Source of the DNA: Macrostomum hystrix
Taxonomy: Eukaryota > Animalia > Platyhelminthes
Length of the DNA stretch: 64,000 nt
Direction: 5' to 3'
NCBI GenBank assembly: GCA_950097015.1
Contig: CATNEN010000034.1
Span: 5,394,001 to 5,458,000 of the forward strand
Part shown: in pieces, positions 49,570 through 62,465 of the stretch
How the letters are laid out: each line of letters begins with the position of its first letter
Position numbering within the stretch: position 1 is the first letter of the stretch
The notes under the pieces: generated by a model
Told to the model about the DNA's origin: nothing
Databases searched by the model: none
The model's input: only the letters and a program-made list of their open reading frames with translations
Program-made: the position numbers and the translations under genes

Positions 49570-50310
49570 ATGGAATCGTCCCAAACGCTCCCTTGGAATC
49601 GTCCCGAACGCTCCCTTGGAATCGTCCCAAGCGCTCCCATGGAATCGTCTCAATAGCTCCCTTGGAATGTTCATTTTAAGTCCCAAATGTTCCTTTGGAA
49701 TCGTACCGAACGCTCTCTTGGAATCGTCCCGAACGCTCCCTTAGAATTGTCCCGAACGCTATCTTGGAATCGTCCCGAACGCTCCCTTAGAATTGTCCCG
49801 AAAGCTCTCTTGGAATCGTCCCGAACGCTCCCTTAGAATTGTCCCGAACGCTATCTTGGAATCGTCCCGAACGCTCCCTTAGAATTGTCCCGAACGCTAC
49901 CTTACAATTGTCCCGAACGCTCTCTTGGAATCGTCCCGAACGCTCCCTTAGAATTGTCCCGAACGCTATCTTGGAATCGTCCCGAAGTTCCGTTGGAATC
50001 GTCCCGAAGTTCCCTTGGAATCGTCCCGAAGTTCCCTTGGAATCGTCCCTAAGTTCCCTTGGAATCGTCCCGAAGTTCCCTTGGAATCGTCCCGAAGTTC
50101 CCTTGGAATCGTTCTAAACGCTACCTTGGAATCGTTCCAAACGCTATCTTGGAATCGTCCCGAACGCTACCTTGGAATCGTCCCGAACGCTATCTTGGAA
50201 TCGTCCCGAACGCTATCTTGGAATCGTCCCGAAGTTCCCTTGGAATCGTCCCGAAGTTCCCTTTGAATCGTCCCGAAGTTCTTTTGGAATCGTTCCGAAC
50301 GCTATCTTGG
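49570..50310. repeat. 23-bp minisatellite (GGAATCGTCCCGAACGCTCCCTT)n between CLC and CABIN1
   Basis: About 30 units with variants. Confidence 0.95.
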
Positions 50311-50817
50311 AACCGTTAATTGATTTGGGAATCGCCACAAATATTTGGTATTAAAGCCTCTGAATCTATCGGAAATCTGTCTAGGAAAGCCTCAAACTTT
50401 TGAACTTGAAAGAGAACTTCTAAACTACGGTCCTTTTAAAGCGTGAACCAGTTTTTTTGCGTTTGCATTCTAGCGTTTATTGTTCGATCACTCAATTTAT
50501 CATTCCGTGATGCGTGGTGAGCAAGGGCACTATCATAGATTGAAATTTTAGATTTTCGCATTCTTGACAGCTTTAAATTTATTACTGAAATACAAAGAAA
50601 GCTTCTGTGCAACATATATATATTAAATATGTCTTTTTGTTGTTCTTCATCTGTGAAACCCGTTTGTTCGAATTCTTTATTTTGCGCGTTGAAAATTCTG
50701 GATTGGACAATGTGGCCGGTCTACTCAAAGTAGTAATTCTAGTTTATTTCAATAATTAGTTGAGAGTCATCCGTGAACCATTGGGTCTCCTTCATATTTT
50801 CCACCGTTGGCCTTCAG

Positions 50818-53800
50818 CTTCGCATCACCGCTTTGAATGCGCCGGCGGCGGCAGCGGGGCCGTCAGCATTGCTGGCACCATCGTTAGCCTCGTTGAAATC
50901 GTCCAAGCATCTACAGCGCAAGCAGAAGCATCTGCAGCAGCAGCAGCAGCAGAAGCAGCAGTCTCATTTGCCTCTCAACCCGGATGCTTCAGTGTCGTCG
51001 GCCAACTCCACCATCGATCTGGAGGCCGCCGCCAGCGGGACTCGCGAGGCCGAGGAGGCTCAGGTGACGCGCTGCTTCCAGAGGGCATTAGCCCGCTTAG
51101 CTGAAAACAGCGCCGCTCCCGGCAACAATAATCCCATTGTTGAGGAGGCCATGCGCTCACTGGAGGCTATCGCTGCCAGCAGAATCTTCAGCGACGGTCC
51201 CGGAGCTGGCCATCTGTCCGACCGGCTGCGCCAGATCCTGGCCAGCTGCCACCGCCAGCTCGGACAGTACCACTGCTCTGCTAGGCGATTCGATCTGGCT
51301 GTTCGACATCTGTCTGCGGCTGCTGAGGCTGATCCCCGCGACCTCACAGCCGTCTTTCACCTGGCCTGGTCGGCCTACCTAAGCTGCGATCTACACCTGG
51401 CAATGTCCTCACTGGACACCTGCCTAGCACTGAACCCGGATCACCTGCCATCGCTAGACCTCAGCCTGTCCGTGACCTTCTGCTTGGGCGACGCCGAGCT
51501 CTGGCTAGCCGCCTGCGAGCGCCTGCTGGACCGGCTGCCCAATCATCGGCGGGCCGCCTACTGCCTGGCGGAGTTCCAGCGCTGCGCCCCGACTTCGCCG
51601 CTGACGTCCGATGTCCTAGTTCAGCTGGCGTTGGCTATTCAACGCGAGAAGAAAACTGTTGACGATGCCGAATGGCAGGCTGATAGACTAGAACTGGCGG
51701 CTGTGCGGGCCGAGTACCAGGTGAATACGATTTGAGAACGACTCAAACGCTCCTCTTACGACAGAAGCGCTTCTGCAAAGACACAATCGCTTCTCTTACC
51801 AACTTAAATACCTTTGTGACGACTCAAACACTAATCTAATGACTCAAATGCTTACTCGTATCTAACGACTCAAACGCTTCTCTTGATGACTCAAATACTT
51901 CTCTAACGACTCAAGCGCTTCTCTAACGACTCAAGCGCTTCTCTAACGACTCAAGCGCTTCTCTAACGACTCAAACGGTTCTCTAACGTCTGAAACGCTT
52001 CTGTAGCGACTCAAGCAATTCTCTAACGGCTCAACGCTTCTCTAACGACTCAAACGCTTGTGGCGACTCAATTTTTCACAGGTACAGTTTTTTTGCCAGC
52101 TGAGATTTTTGTGCTGAGATACGTACTCCATACATCGCGGTTAGAATTCAAGGCTCTAATCACTAAGCTAAAATCTCGCCCAGTAGGTTGCAATATATAA
52201 ATCGTCTATCTACGACTGTCTGGTGTTGAAGTAAAATTAATAATTAGTTCTAATGTTAGCCACGCTAATTATAACCAGAGGAAAAACGCAAAATTCTCAT
52301 CAGGCCCGCAATAATCCCAAGCTGATGGAGGAAGCCGCTGCAAAGCCGCCACAGCCGGAGCCGGTTTCAGTCGACGCGGTTGAGTCCTGCGACTGGCTGG
52401 CGATGGCGGCATTGCTCGAGAAGCTGTGCGCCCCGGGTACCGCCGACAGCGGCGGTTCCTGTCGAGCCTTTAAACTGATCCGACTGGTTCCCGCAATGGC
52501 TACGGACAACTCCGAACCGACTATCGTCAGTGAGAAGGAATCGTGTCCGCCGCAGCCTTCGCCTCCACCGCCCGCTTCTGCCGCATCATCCTCAGCATCA
52601 GCGGCATCAGCGGTCGAGCAACAGTCGGCGTCAACAACATCGGCGGCGGCGGCGACGTCGCGCGAACTGTCGCAGTTGCTCAGCCAGGCCTACCCGGAGA
52701 AGAGCCGGCGGTCACACCGTCTGGCCGCTGCCGCGTCCGCCTCCGTCTCCGCTTCAAACAGCGTCGGCGGCGACTCGGCCGAAGAAGACGCCGATGAAGA
52801 CGATGACGAGTCCAGCACCGCATCGGAGGTCGGCTCCGCCGCTGCCACCGCTGATCGGCTGCAGCGGCTGCTGAGCTCTGGCCGCTGCCTGCCTGGCTGG
52901 GTTCGGTCTCTGGCCGACCTGGAATACTTCGCCCGAGGCTGCAGCTCCGACAGCAGTGACAGCCTCGATGCGGACTCCAACGATGCGGACGCCAGTTTGA
53001 CAATCGACGTCCAACCGCTCGGCCCGTTTCAACTAGACGATCTTCTGTCGCGCCTGCCATCGAAGCCGACAAATTTTTACACGGCTGCCGACGCTGCCGC
53101 TGTCTTCTGCGGCCTCCTAGCTGAGCGAGTGGATCTCCGCTGGCCGGCTGAACTGCCCGCCGCCTTCCTCCGCCTGAGCGGTCCTCGGCTGCACGCCCTG
53201 ACCTCGAATGTCAATCTAGCCAATGCTGAGCTGCACTGCCTGTCAGCGGAATCTCTGTGCCGCCTGGCTCTGGCTCATCTGGAGCTGCAGCTCGATGCGC
53301 TTGAATTGACAAATTCAAAGACCATTGACGAGGCCGACGACAACGGACGATGCTGGCCGGAGCCTGAAGCTCTGGCGCACACAGTCGCCTGTCTTCTGCT
53401 GCGCCTGTCATCTCTGACCGCCTCCCAGTCTGGGCCCCTGCATCTCCGCCTGGCCTGGGCTCGATTCCGCCTGTCCGTGGACTCGTCCCGACGCGGATTC
53501 GATGATCTGGCCGCATTCAGCTGCCTGTCAGCTCAACTAGCCACCGGGCAGACCATATCGCTGCCGAATTCTGTCGTGTGGCCAGTGCTGAATTCCTCTG
53601 CTCTGGTTCGCCTGCGCAAGACTGCCCAGTCTGGTCGAGAATTCGCGACGGCCATCGCAGCGGCACGAATTGGCGATTACGACGCCGTGTTGGCGGCTGT
53701 GATGCCAGCTCTCTACGCTCGGAGCCAATCGGCGTCTAGAACCGCTTCTAGCGTTATCGATGCTGAACGAGCCAGGTGAGCGCTTGTACAATGGTAGCTT

Positions 53801-56800
53801 TACGGGGTGAGTGGCAGAGCGGCCTAACGCGTTTGCCTCTCGCACCAAGGTCCCTAAGTTCGATTCCACGGCGAGGCCACATTCATTTAGGGCTCAGCCG
53901 CGAAGGGAAGGCTTGGGTGCTTGTCGTGCAATTTACGCCATTGGGCCAACCTCCAAGGCACAGTGAGGGTGTAAATAGAAAGTCAGGGCAGATGTACACA
54001 CCTGTGTGAGCGTGTGTCTGCGTAAGGATCTGTTTGCGTGTGTGCTCAGGAGTCAGCGATATGGGCAGAATTGCCTCCTCGCTGGCTGCGGGTCTAGTGT
54101 CACTAAATGATGTGCCATTGCCCGCAGCCCTCCTGCAGTTATTATTAATATTATTAATATTATTAGCGTAGACAGCGGAGGTATCTCAAATAGCCTCGCT
54201 TCTTTTTTCTGTATCCATAAAATATTCAACCTATCGCCATTATCATCAAGATCATGGGCTGAATTTCCCGCAGAAAAATCTGCAACCTCTTTGTTGCCTC
54301 CTGCTTCCGCCTCGGTAAACTGGCCCAGTGCTACAACCACGGCGCCCGCCTACTTCGCCTGCTGACTAGATCGGAGGCTGTCCGCGGCGCCGCCGCCGAG
54401 GCAGCTCCGGTGCGGCCCACGACTGTGGCCTTCGCATTTTGCAACCTGCTAGCTTGCCAGGAGCACGTGTCTGCCCGGCCCGCCAACCTGGCCGAAGCTG
54501 GCGCCCACCTGGCTGCGGCTGTCGACCTGATCGCTCTCTGCCTGCAGCATCGGGTGCCAATCAACGACCCGGAGGTCTGGATCTATCTTCACCGACATTT
54601 GATCTGTCTATTGGAGCACATTGAGAAGGAAATTAACAATTTAACGGAGGACTCCTTTGATCCTAATAATGTGTCCATTATTGAGGAAGAACTGCCTGCT
54701 AGAACGGTCGCTGCAGCTGAAGAAGAGGACGCGCTTGGCTGCGTTTCTGCTGCTTGCGTTGTTGAAGCTGTTGCCGAGCCGATGGAGGTTGACTTTGATG
54801 CTGGAACCGGAAAGTCAACGGAAGCTGGAACCGGAAGGGCATCGGAAGCTGGAACCAGAAGGGCATCGGAAGCTGGAACCAGAAGGGCATCGGAAGCTGG
54901 AACCGGAAGGGCATCGGAAGCTGGAACCAGAAGGGCATCGGAAACTGGAACCGGAAAATCCGCAGCCGAATTGCGCCGCTGTCGCGCCGAACTGCTCAGC
55001 TCAGCCGGTCAGCTGTTAATCCTGGCCCACCAACTGCTGCACGAGTCGGCAACGTCGGCCAGTAGTGACGCTGGCTGTCAGCGCGGCGAAGGTCGCTTAT
55101 TGCGTTACACTGTCTCTGCGCTGGTTCCCTTGTTGCAGCAGCAGCAGCAGCTGCCGTTCCATCATCCAATCTACCTGGCCATCGATCAGGCCTTCCACTG
55201 CCTCTACGGGCTGGGCAGGCGGGGTCGCTATTCTCGCCGCGGCCGCCTCCAGGATCACCGATGCGCGGCGGCGCCGGCCGCCGCCTCCGTCATCGACTGG
55301 GAGGTCGGGCGCCATTTGATGCGCTACTTCCTGCCGGATCGCTTCCCTGAGTTTGACTCCACCAGGCTGACATCGCTGCCAACTGATCTTGAACGCTGCT
55401 TTGATCTCGCCGCCGCCAGCCTGCCAGATCGGCTCCGGGTGGACGCCAACGCGGTCAACGATTTCTTATTCGGTGGCGCGGATAGCCTGCCGGAGCAGAG
55501 CAGGCCGCTGACCGCCGATGAACAGTTAGTGGCTGATGCGCACTACCTGCTAGCCGACTGCTGCCTGAAGTCCAACCGATTCCTGCCGGCTATAAAGCAC
55601 TACCTGAGGGATCTGGCCCTCAGCCATCACCGATTCGACTCTTGGGCTGGTGAGCTTTTTTGGGGATCTGGGACTGCATGTGAGGATGTTCTGCTCAAAT
55701 TAATACATAATGTGATAGGGAAATTGGGAAATGTACCCTCGAGAAAGGATATCATATAAGATTTACAAATGGGATCCAATGAAAACACTGAGATAAACAG
55801 TGAAATAGGAATCTCATTTCAGATTTGGGATTTTGCATGAGATGTAGAATGGGATCTCAAAAGAGATTTAAAATGACATTTCATATTATATTTAGAATGG
55901 GATCTCATTTGACATTTAGAATGGGATCTCATATGACATTTAGAATGGGATCTCATTTGACATTTAGAATGGGATCTCATATGACATTTAGAATGGGATC
56001 TCATATGAGATTTAGAATGAGATCTCATATGACATTTAGAATGGGATCTCATATGACATTTAGAATGGGATCTCATATGACATTTAGAATGGGATCTCAT
56101 ATGACATTTAGAATGGGATCTCATATGACATTTAGAATGGGATCTCATATGACATTTAGAATGGGATCTCATATGAGATTTAGAATGATACCTCAAATGA
56201 GATTTAGAATGGGATCTCAAATGAGATTTAGAATGGGATCTCATATGACATTTAGAATGGGATCTCATTTGACATTTAGAATGGGATCTCATATGACATT
56301 TAGAATGGGATCTCATATGAGATTTAGAATGAGATCTCATATGACATTTAGAATGGGATCTCATATGACATTTAGAATGGGATCTCATATGAGATTTAGA
56401 ATGGGATCTCATATGACATTTAGAATGGGATCTCATATGACATTTAGAATGGGATCTCATATGAGATTTAGAATGAGACCTCAAATGAGATTTAGAATGG
56501 GATCTCAAATGAGATTTAGAATGAGACCTCAAATGAGATTTAGAATGGGATCTCAACTGAGATTTAGAATGAGACCTCAAATGAGATTTAGAATGGGATC
56601 TCAAATGAGATTTAGAATGAGACCTCAAATGAGATTTAGAATGGGATCTCAAATGAGATTTAGAATGGGACCTCAGATGAGATTTAGAATGGGATCTCAT
56701 ATGAGATTTAGAATGGGATCTCAAATTAGATTTAGAATGGGATCTCATATGAGATTTAGAATGGGATCTCAAATTAGATTTAGAATGGGATCTCAAATTA

Positions 56801-59800
56801 GATTTAGAATGGGATCTCAAATGAGATTTAGAATGGGATCTCATATGAGATTTAGAATGGGATCTCATATGACATTTAGAATGGGATCTCATATGAGATT
56901 TAGAATGGGATCTCAAATTAGATTTAGAATGGGATCTCAAATTAGATTTAGAATGGGATCTCAAATTAGATTTAGAATGGGATCTCATATGAGATTTAGA
57001 ATGGGATCTCATATGACATTTAGAATGGGACCTCATATGAGATTTAGAATGACACCTCAAATAAGATTTAGAATGGGATCTCATATGAGATTTAGAATGG
57101 GATCTCAAATGAGATTTAGAATGGGACCTCAAATGAGATTTAGAATGGGATCTCATATGAGATTTAGAATGGGATCTCATATGAGATTTAGAATGACACC
57201 TCAAATAAGATTTAGAATGGGATCTCACATGAGATTTGGAATGACATCTCATATGAGATTTAGAATGGGATCTCACAGAGTACATTACGGAGTGAGCTTG
57301 CAAACCACATCCCTCAGGCATGGCCCTAGCGAGGTGCAGCCGGCTTCAACAGAAGCTCAACCTTCAGGATGGCAGCAACAGCAGCAGCATCAGCCGCAAG
57401 TACTCGCTGGCCTGCCTGCGCTCATTCAACCAGGCCCTGTTGTTGAATCCGCGCTGCCCGAAGCTGCTGACTGAGCGAGGCCTGCTGGCCTATGAGCTGC
57501 ACTCACACACGAGTCAGCTGGAGAGGCGAGGACAGCTCCCGGAGCTGGTGGCCGAGTGGCTGCTGCCGATGCTGCGCCTGGCCAGGGAGTCTTTTGCCCA
57601 GGTAAGCCTACGGTGGGAGACTGATATTTTTTTGTATGAGATAGTGTGGGATCTTATCTGAGATAGGCAGTGTTGGATCTTATCTGAGATAGACAGTGTG
57701 GGATCTTATCTGAGATAGGCAGTGTTGGATCTTATCTGAGATAGGCAGTGTTGGATCTTATCTGAGATAGGCAGTGTTGGATCTTATCTGAGATAGACAG
57801 TGTTGGATCTTATCTGAGATAGACAGTGTGGGATCTTATCTGAGATAGGCAGTGTTGGATCTTATCTGAGATAGATAGTGTGGGATCTTATCTGAGATAG
57901 ACAGTGTTGGATCTTATCTGAGATAGACAGTGTTGGATCTTATCTGAGATAGGCAGTGTTGGATCTTATCTGAGATAGACAGTGTGGGATCTTATATGAG
58001 ATAGACAGTGGGGATCTTATATGAGATAGACAGTGTGGGATCTTATATGAGATAGGCAGTGTTGGATCTTATATGAGATAGACAGTGTGGGATCTTATAT
58101 GAGATAGGCAGTGTTGGATCTTATCTGAGATAGACAGTGTGGGATCTTATCTGAGATAGACAGTGTGGGATCTTATCTGAGATAGGCAGTGTTGGATCTT
58201 ATCTGAGATAGATAGTGTGGGATCTTATCTGAGATAGACAGTGTTGGATCTTATCTGAGATAGACAGTGTTGGATCTTATCTGAGATAGGCAGTGTTGGA
58301 TCTTATCTGAGATAGACAGTGTGGGATCTTATATGAGATAGACAGTGTGGGATCTTATATGAGATAGGCAGTGTTGGATCTTATCTGAGATAGACAGTGT
58401 GGGATCTTATCTGAGATAGGCAGTGTTGGATCTTATCTGAGATAGACAGTGTGGGATCTTATCTGAGATAGACAGTGTTGGATCTTATATGAGATAGACA
58501 GTGTGGGATCTTATCTGAGATAGGCAGTGTTGGATCTTATCTGAGATAGACAGTGTTGGATCTTATCTGAGATAGGCAGTGTTGGATCTTATCTGAGATA
58601 GACAGTGTGGGATCTTATATGAGATAGACAGTGTGGTATCTTATATGAGATAGACTGTGGGATCTTATATGAGATAGGCAGTGTTGGATCTTATCTGAGA
58701 TAGACAGTGTGGGATCTTATATGAGATAGGCAGTGTTGGATCTTATCTGAGATAGACAGTGTGGGATCTTATCTGAGATAGACAGTGTTGGATCTTATAT
58801 GAGATAGACAGTGTGGGATCTTATATGAGATAGACAGTGTTGGATCTTATATGAGATAGACAGTGTTGGATCTTATATGAGATAGACAGTGTTGGATCTT
58901 ATATGAGATAGACAGTGTTGGATCTTATCTGAGATAGACAGTGTGGGATCTTATATGAGATAGACAGTGTGGGATCTTATATGAGATAGACAGTGTGGTA
59001 TCTTATATGAGATAGACAGTGTGGGTTCTTATATGAGATGGGACAGAAGATGGGATCCTGTATGAGATGGGACAGAGGATGGGATTCTGTATGTGATGGG
59101 ACAGAAGATGGGATCCTGTATGAGGTGGGACAGAGGATGGATCCTGTATGAGATGGGACAGAAGATGGGATTCTGTATGAGATGGGACAGAGGATGGGAT
59201 CCTGTATGAGATAGGACAGAGGATGTGATTCTGTATGAGATGGGACAGAGGATGGGATTCTGTATGAGATGGGACAGAGGATGGGATCCTGTATGAGATA
59301 GGACAGAAGATGGGATTCTGTATGAGATGGGACAGAGGATGGGATCCTGTATGAGATAGGACAGAAGATGGGATTCTGTATGAGATGGGACAGAGGATGG
59401 GATCCTGTATGAGATGGAATGAGATCGTCGTGAGGATCCCTCACATGCAGTCCCAGAGGCTTACCGTAAGATCTCTGTGCCGCAATGGATGGGATCCCCT
59501 CGTATGAGATGGGACAGAGGATGGGATCCTGTATGAGTCGCCTCCACACCTGCAGGCAGCGTCGGTGGCCAGCGATCCGGAGCTGCGCGAGGCCGGTGAG
59601 GAGTGCGAGAGCTGGCTGTACAATTACATGCTGGGCAAGTGCAGCGAGAAAGCTGGAGACGCCTCTCCTGACTGTTGCCTTGGTTACTACGCGACCGCGG
59701 CGGCTGACCTGCGACTGAGTGGCGCCCGCTACCCGAAGAAGATCAGCACCTCGTATGGCAGCACGCCCAGGCTAGCTGTTGAAGCGCTGGAGATGCAGTA

Positions 59801-61732
59801 CAGACAGTTGGCTGTAGTCTGTAAGCAGCTGCTGCTGTTTCTACCTCGGCCAAAGTCTGCGGACATGGCAAAGTCTAAGACTCAGGCTTCGGTCAGCTTG
59901 TATTGGGTTGAGGCTCGACTGCTTGAATTGGCTAACTCGGCTTTTCAACGTCGCGACGCTCTTGTAGGCGGCGGAGGCGGCGGCGGGGGCGGCGTTGGCG
60001 GAGTCGGCGAAGGGAAGCGTCGACTTGCGGGCGGAGGACGAGCCAGGTGATAGCAGTGTGCCGCAGAGCCGTGTTTCTTGTAAAAATTTATATACCTCGC
60101 TACTATAAGTAGATAATGGAACTTATATATAAGCCTATAAATATAGATTTCATCATTAGCTGAGGTAAGTAGAGGGGAGTGTGGGGCAGAGCTGTCTAAC
60201 GAGCTTGCCTCTCGCACCAATGTCCCTGAGCTCGATTCCGCGGCGAGGCCACATTCATTTGCAATGTGTGTGAGCGTGTGCCTGCGTACGGTATCTGTGT
60301 GCGTGTGTGCTCAGGAGTCAGCGGAATGGGGAAATGCCTCTTCGCTGGCTGTGTGTCTGCTGTCACCAAATGAAGTGCCAATTCCAGTATTGAGAATAAG
60401 TTTATTTTGCTTGCAGAGCGGCCGCTAAGAGGTCCAAGCTCGATGGCTGCAGCGCTGCAGTCGATGAGCAAGCTGATTCCCCAGTTAACGTGGTTGCCGA
60501 CGCCACCGAGGCGGCTCGACAGTGTCTGGACGACCAATTGGACGTTGTGTCGACTGTTGACTCGCTTCTGACGGAAGCCGCTCGCGTCTGTGGCGAATCG
60601 GCGCCCCGACCGGAGGAGCTGCTGGCTCGCCGATTGGCCCGCTGCGTTGCCATGGCAGCGGAACAACTGGCCGACCTGCTGGCCAGGCTGCCACATCACT
60701 ACAAGGCGGCCTGCCTGTTGGCCCGACTCCGGCTGCGGGTGGGTAAGCGTCGGGAGGCGCGCGACCTCCTGCTGGGTCCTGGAGATCCTGGCATCGGCTG
60801 GCAGCGACTGGCACACATGCCCTGCCCCGGACTGTTCCAGGTGAGTGGCAATCTCCCTCCTGGTTCTCAAACAGAGATCCTTAACTCCCATTACTGATCC
60901 TCAACTTGGGATCTCAGATATCCCTATCATGTTCCTCAACTTGGGATCTCAGATATTCTTATCCTGATCCTCAACTTGGGATTCCAGATATCCCTATCAT
61001 GATCCTCAACTTGGGATCTCAGATATCCCTATCACGATCCTCAACTTGGGATCTCAGATATCCCTATCATGGTCCTCAACTTGGTATCTCAGATATCCCT
61101 ATCATGATCCAGATTCTTATCCTAGTCTTCATTTTTTATCCTCAAGAAATGGGATCTTAGGAAACTTTTCAATTCCCAGTTGTTTTCTAAAATCCCTAAT
61201 CTAAATTCCTAATATTGCCGATCCGCAGGACCGCCGCCCAACCAACCTGTTCAACGGTGTCTGGCGCCTGCCCAGCGAAGACATCGACAGGTCCGGCTGC
61301 TTCGCCGCCCACATGCGCCGCGCCCTTGACTTGGCCATCGACGCAGCCGACTGGGAGCGCCTGCTGCCTTTGCATTGCTGCCTGCGCGGCACCGAGAACC
61401 GGGGCTGCCTCGTCGACGAGGATCTTCGCTGGCTGATCGATCGCAGCCTGTCGGCTATGAAAGACGCCCTGGCCGACGAGCGAGCTCCGCCTGCGGTGAC
61501 TCGCGCCCAGCTGCTGCAGCTGATGAAGTGCCGAAAACTGGCCGCCGCTGCCACATCCAAAGGCGTCAGCTCAGGCGGCGGGCACGGAGTCTACGACCGA
61601 CTGCTGGCCGCCGCCTACGCCAGGTGCGTCTCAGTTGGCGCCGCTGGCGGTATTCGGTCCGATAGGCCTCTGTTGGACCAGGCTCTGGAATTCTGCGATA
61701 GCGGCGGAGGTGCCGGGGGCATCGGCCTTTGA
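50818..61732 (+). CDS. CABIN1: CABIN1/HIR3-like TPR protein (HIRA histone chaperone complex subunit), ~1820 aa; start codon unresolved
   Basis: Exons 50818-51720, 52304-53775, 54274-55649, 57318-57601, 59556-60046, 60417-60840, 61229-61732 (5454 nt, open frame). LRITALNA (cf. MIRIAALNA), TPRs with LNPDHLPSLD, LPDRFPEFDS, DSWAGMALAR, LYNYMLGKCSEK, LAVEALEMQYR, TNLFNGVWRLPSEDIDRSGCFAAHM. Confidence 0.9.
51740..52070. repeat. ~20-bp minisatellite (CTAACGACTCAAGCGCTTCT)n in CABIN1 intron
   Basis: Tandem degenerate units. Confidence 0.85.
53804..54165 (+). mobile_element. SINE family 1, near-consensus
   Basis: GGGGTGAGTGGCAGAGCGGCCTAACGCG...GTTCGATTCCACGGCGAGG; (ATT)-type tail. Confidence 0.92.
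54798..54962 (+). repeat. Coding 24-bp repeat (EAGT[GR][RK]AS)x~7 within a CABIN1 exon
   Basis: GAAGCTGGAACCGGAAGGGCATCG units in frame. Confidence 0.9.
55800..57280. repeat. 24-bp minisatellite (TTTAGAATGGGATCTCATATGACA)n
   Basis: About 60 units filling an intron; source of the 500-aa and 549-aa artefact ORFs. Confidence 0.97.
57635..59030. repeat. 26/27-bp minisatellite (GAGATAGACAGTGTGGGATCTTATCT)n
   Basis: About 52 units. Confidence 0.97.
59031..59540. repeat. 29-bp minisatellite (GAGATGGGACAGAGGATGGGATCCTGTAT)n
   Basis: Directly continues the 26/27-bp array with a related unit. Confidence 0.92.
60173..60385 (+). mobile_element. SINE family 1, internally deleted
   Basis: Head GTGGGGCAGAGCTGTCTAACG...GCTCGATTCC joined to the 3' body. 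Confidence 0.85.
60865..61160. repeat. 35-bp minisatellite (GATCCTCAACTTGGGATCTCAGATATCCCTATCAT)n
   Basis: About 7 units in the last CABIN1 intron. Confidence 0.92.
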
Positions 61733-61769
61733 CTCTGATCACGACGAATGACGGATGATCGAATGACTT

Positions 61770-62100
61770 TTGGATAGAAGACCTGTCCCTGATCCTCGAA
61801 TTGGGATCTGAAAGACCTGTCCCCGATCCTCGAATTGGGATCTGAAAGTCATGTCCCTGATCCTCGAATTGGGATCTGAAAGACCTGTCCCTGATCCTCG
61901 AATTATGATCTGAAAGACCTGTCCCTGATCCTCGAATTGGGATCTGAAACACCTGTCCCTGATCCTTGAATTGGGATCTGAAACACCTGTCCCTGATCCT
62001 TGAATTGGGATCTGAAAGTCATGTCCCTGATCCTCGAATTGGGATCTAAAAGACCTGTCCCTGATCCTCGAATTGGGATCTGAAAGACCTGTCCCTGATC
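61770..62100. repeat. 34-bp minisatellite (GATCCTCGAATTGGGATCTGAAAGACCTGTCCCT)n downstream of the CABIN1 stop
   Basis: About 9 units. Confidence 0.92.
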
Positions 62101-62385
62101 CACAAAATGGATCAAACGCTTTTACGCATTTATTTATTTGCAATTTGTTAGTCAAGCAGGCAAACAGTTAGTTAGTCCCAGTTGTTTTAAAGTCCCCTGA
62201 TTCATTGTATGGTAATATCCCAGTTTGTTTTCTGTCTGACTATGAAAGAAATTACTAAGCATTTTAATGCCTCAAATACACCAAATGTGTGGCTTGCTAT
62301 TTTTGTCACCAATTCATTGAAAGTTTCTTACGTCAAAATAAAATAATGTCATGTTTAAAATCATGTCGTCAATTATTTGCCTTAC

Positions 62386-62465
62386 AGCTGTCCAGTCTAT
62401 GGACTGGGTACAGGGTGCCACACCTTCAATTTCCTGCCTTAGCTTTGTCAGCCCTAGCCAGGTGT
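62386..62465 (-). mobile_element. SINE family 2 fragment
   Basis: ACAGCTGTCCAGTCTATGGACTGG...GCCACACCTTCAATT is the reverse complement of 46380-46430. Confidence 0.65.

Noticed and set aside
52300-55319. Numerous overlapping antisense or alternative-frame ORFs over CABIN1 exons
   Set aside because: Expected shadows of GC-rich coding sequence with no independent motifs.
55819-57474. 500-aa and 549-aa ORFs (RSHSKSHM / MGSHMRFR repeats)
   Set aside because: Stop-free frames of a 24-bp intronic minisatellite; the CABIN1 frame splices cleanly across it (DSWAG|MALAR).
57635-59540. Regular 26-29-bp repeats superficially like a CRISPR array
   Set aside because: Head-to-tail units with no unique spacers, no cas genes and a eukaryotic intronic context.
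27585-61732. Functional clustering of chromatin genes PCGF3 and CABIN1
   Set aside because: They are separated by an unrelated CLC gene, and nothing in the sequence indicates co-regulation.
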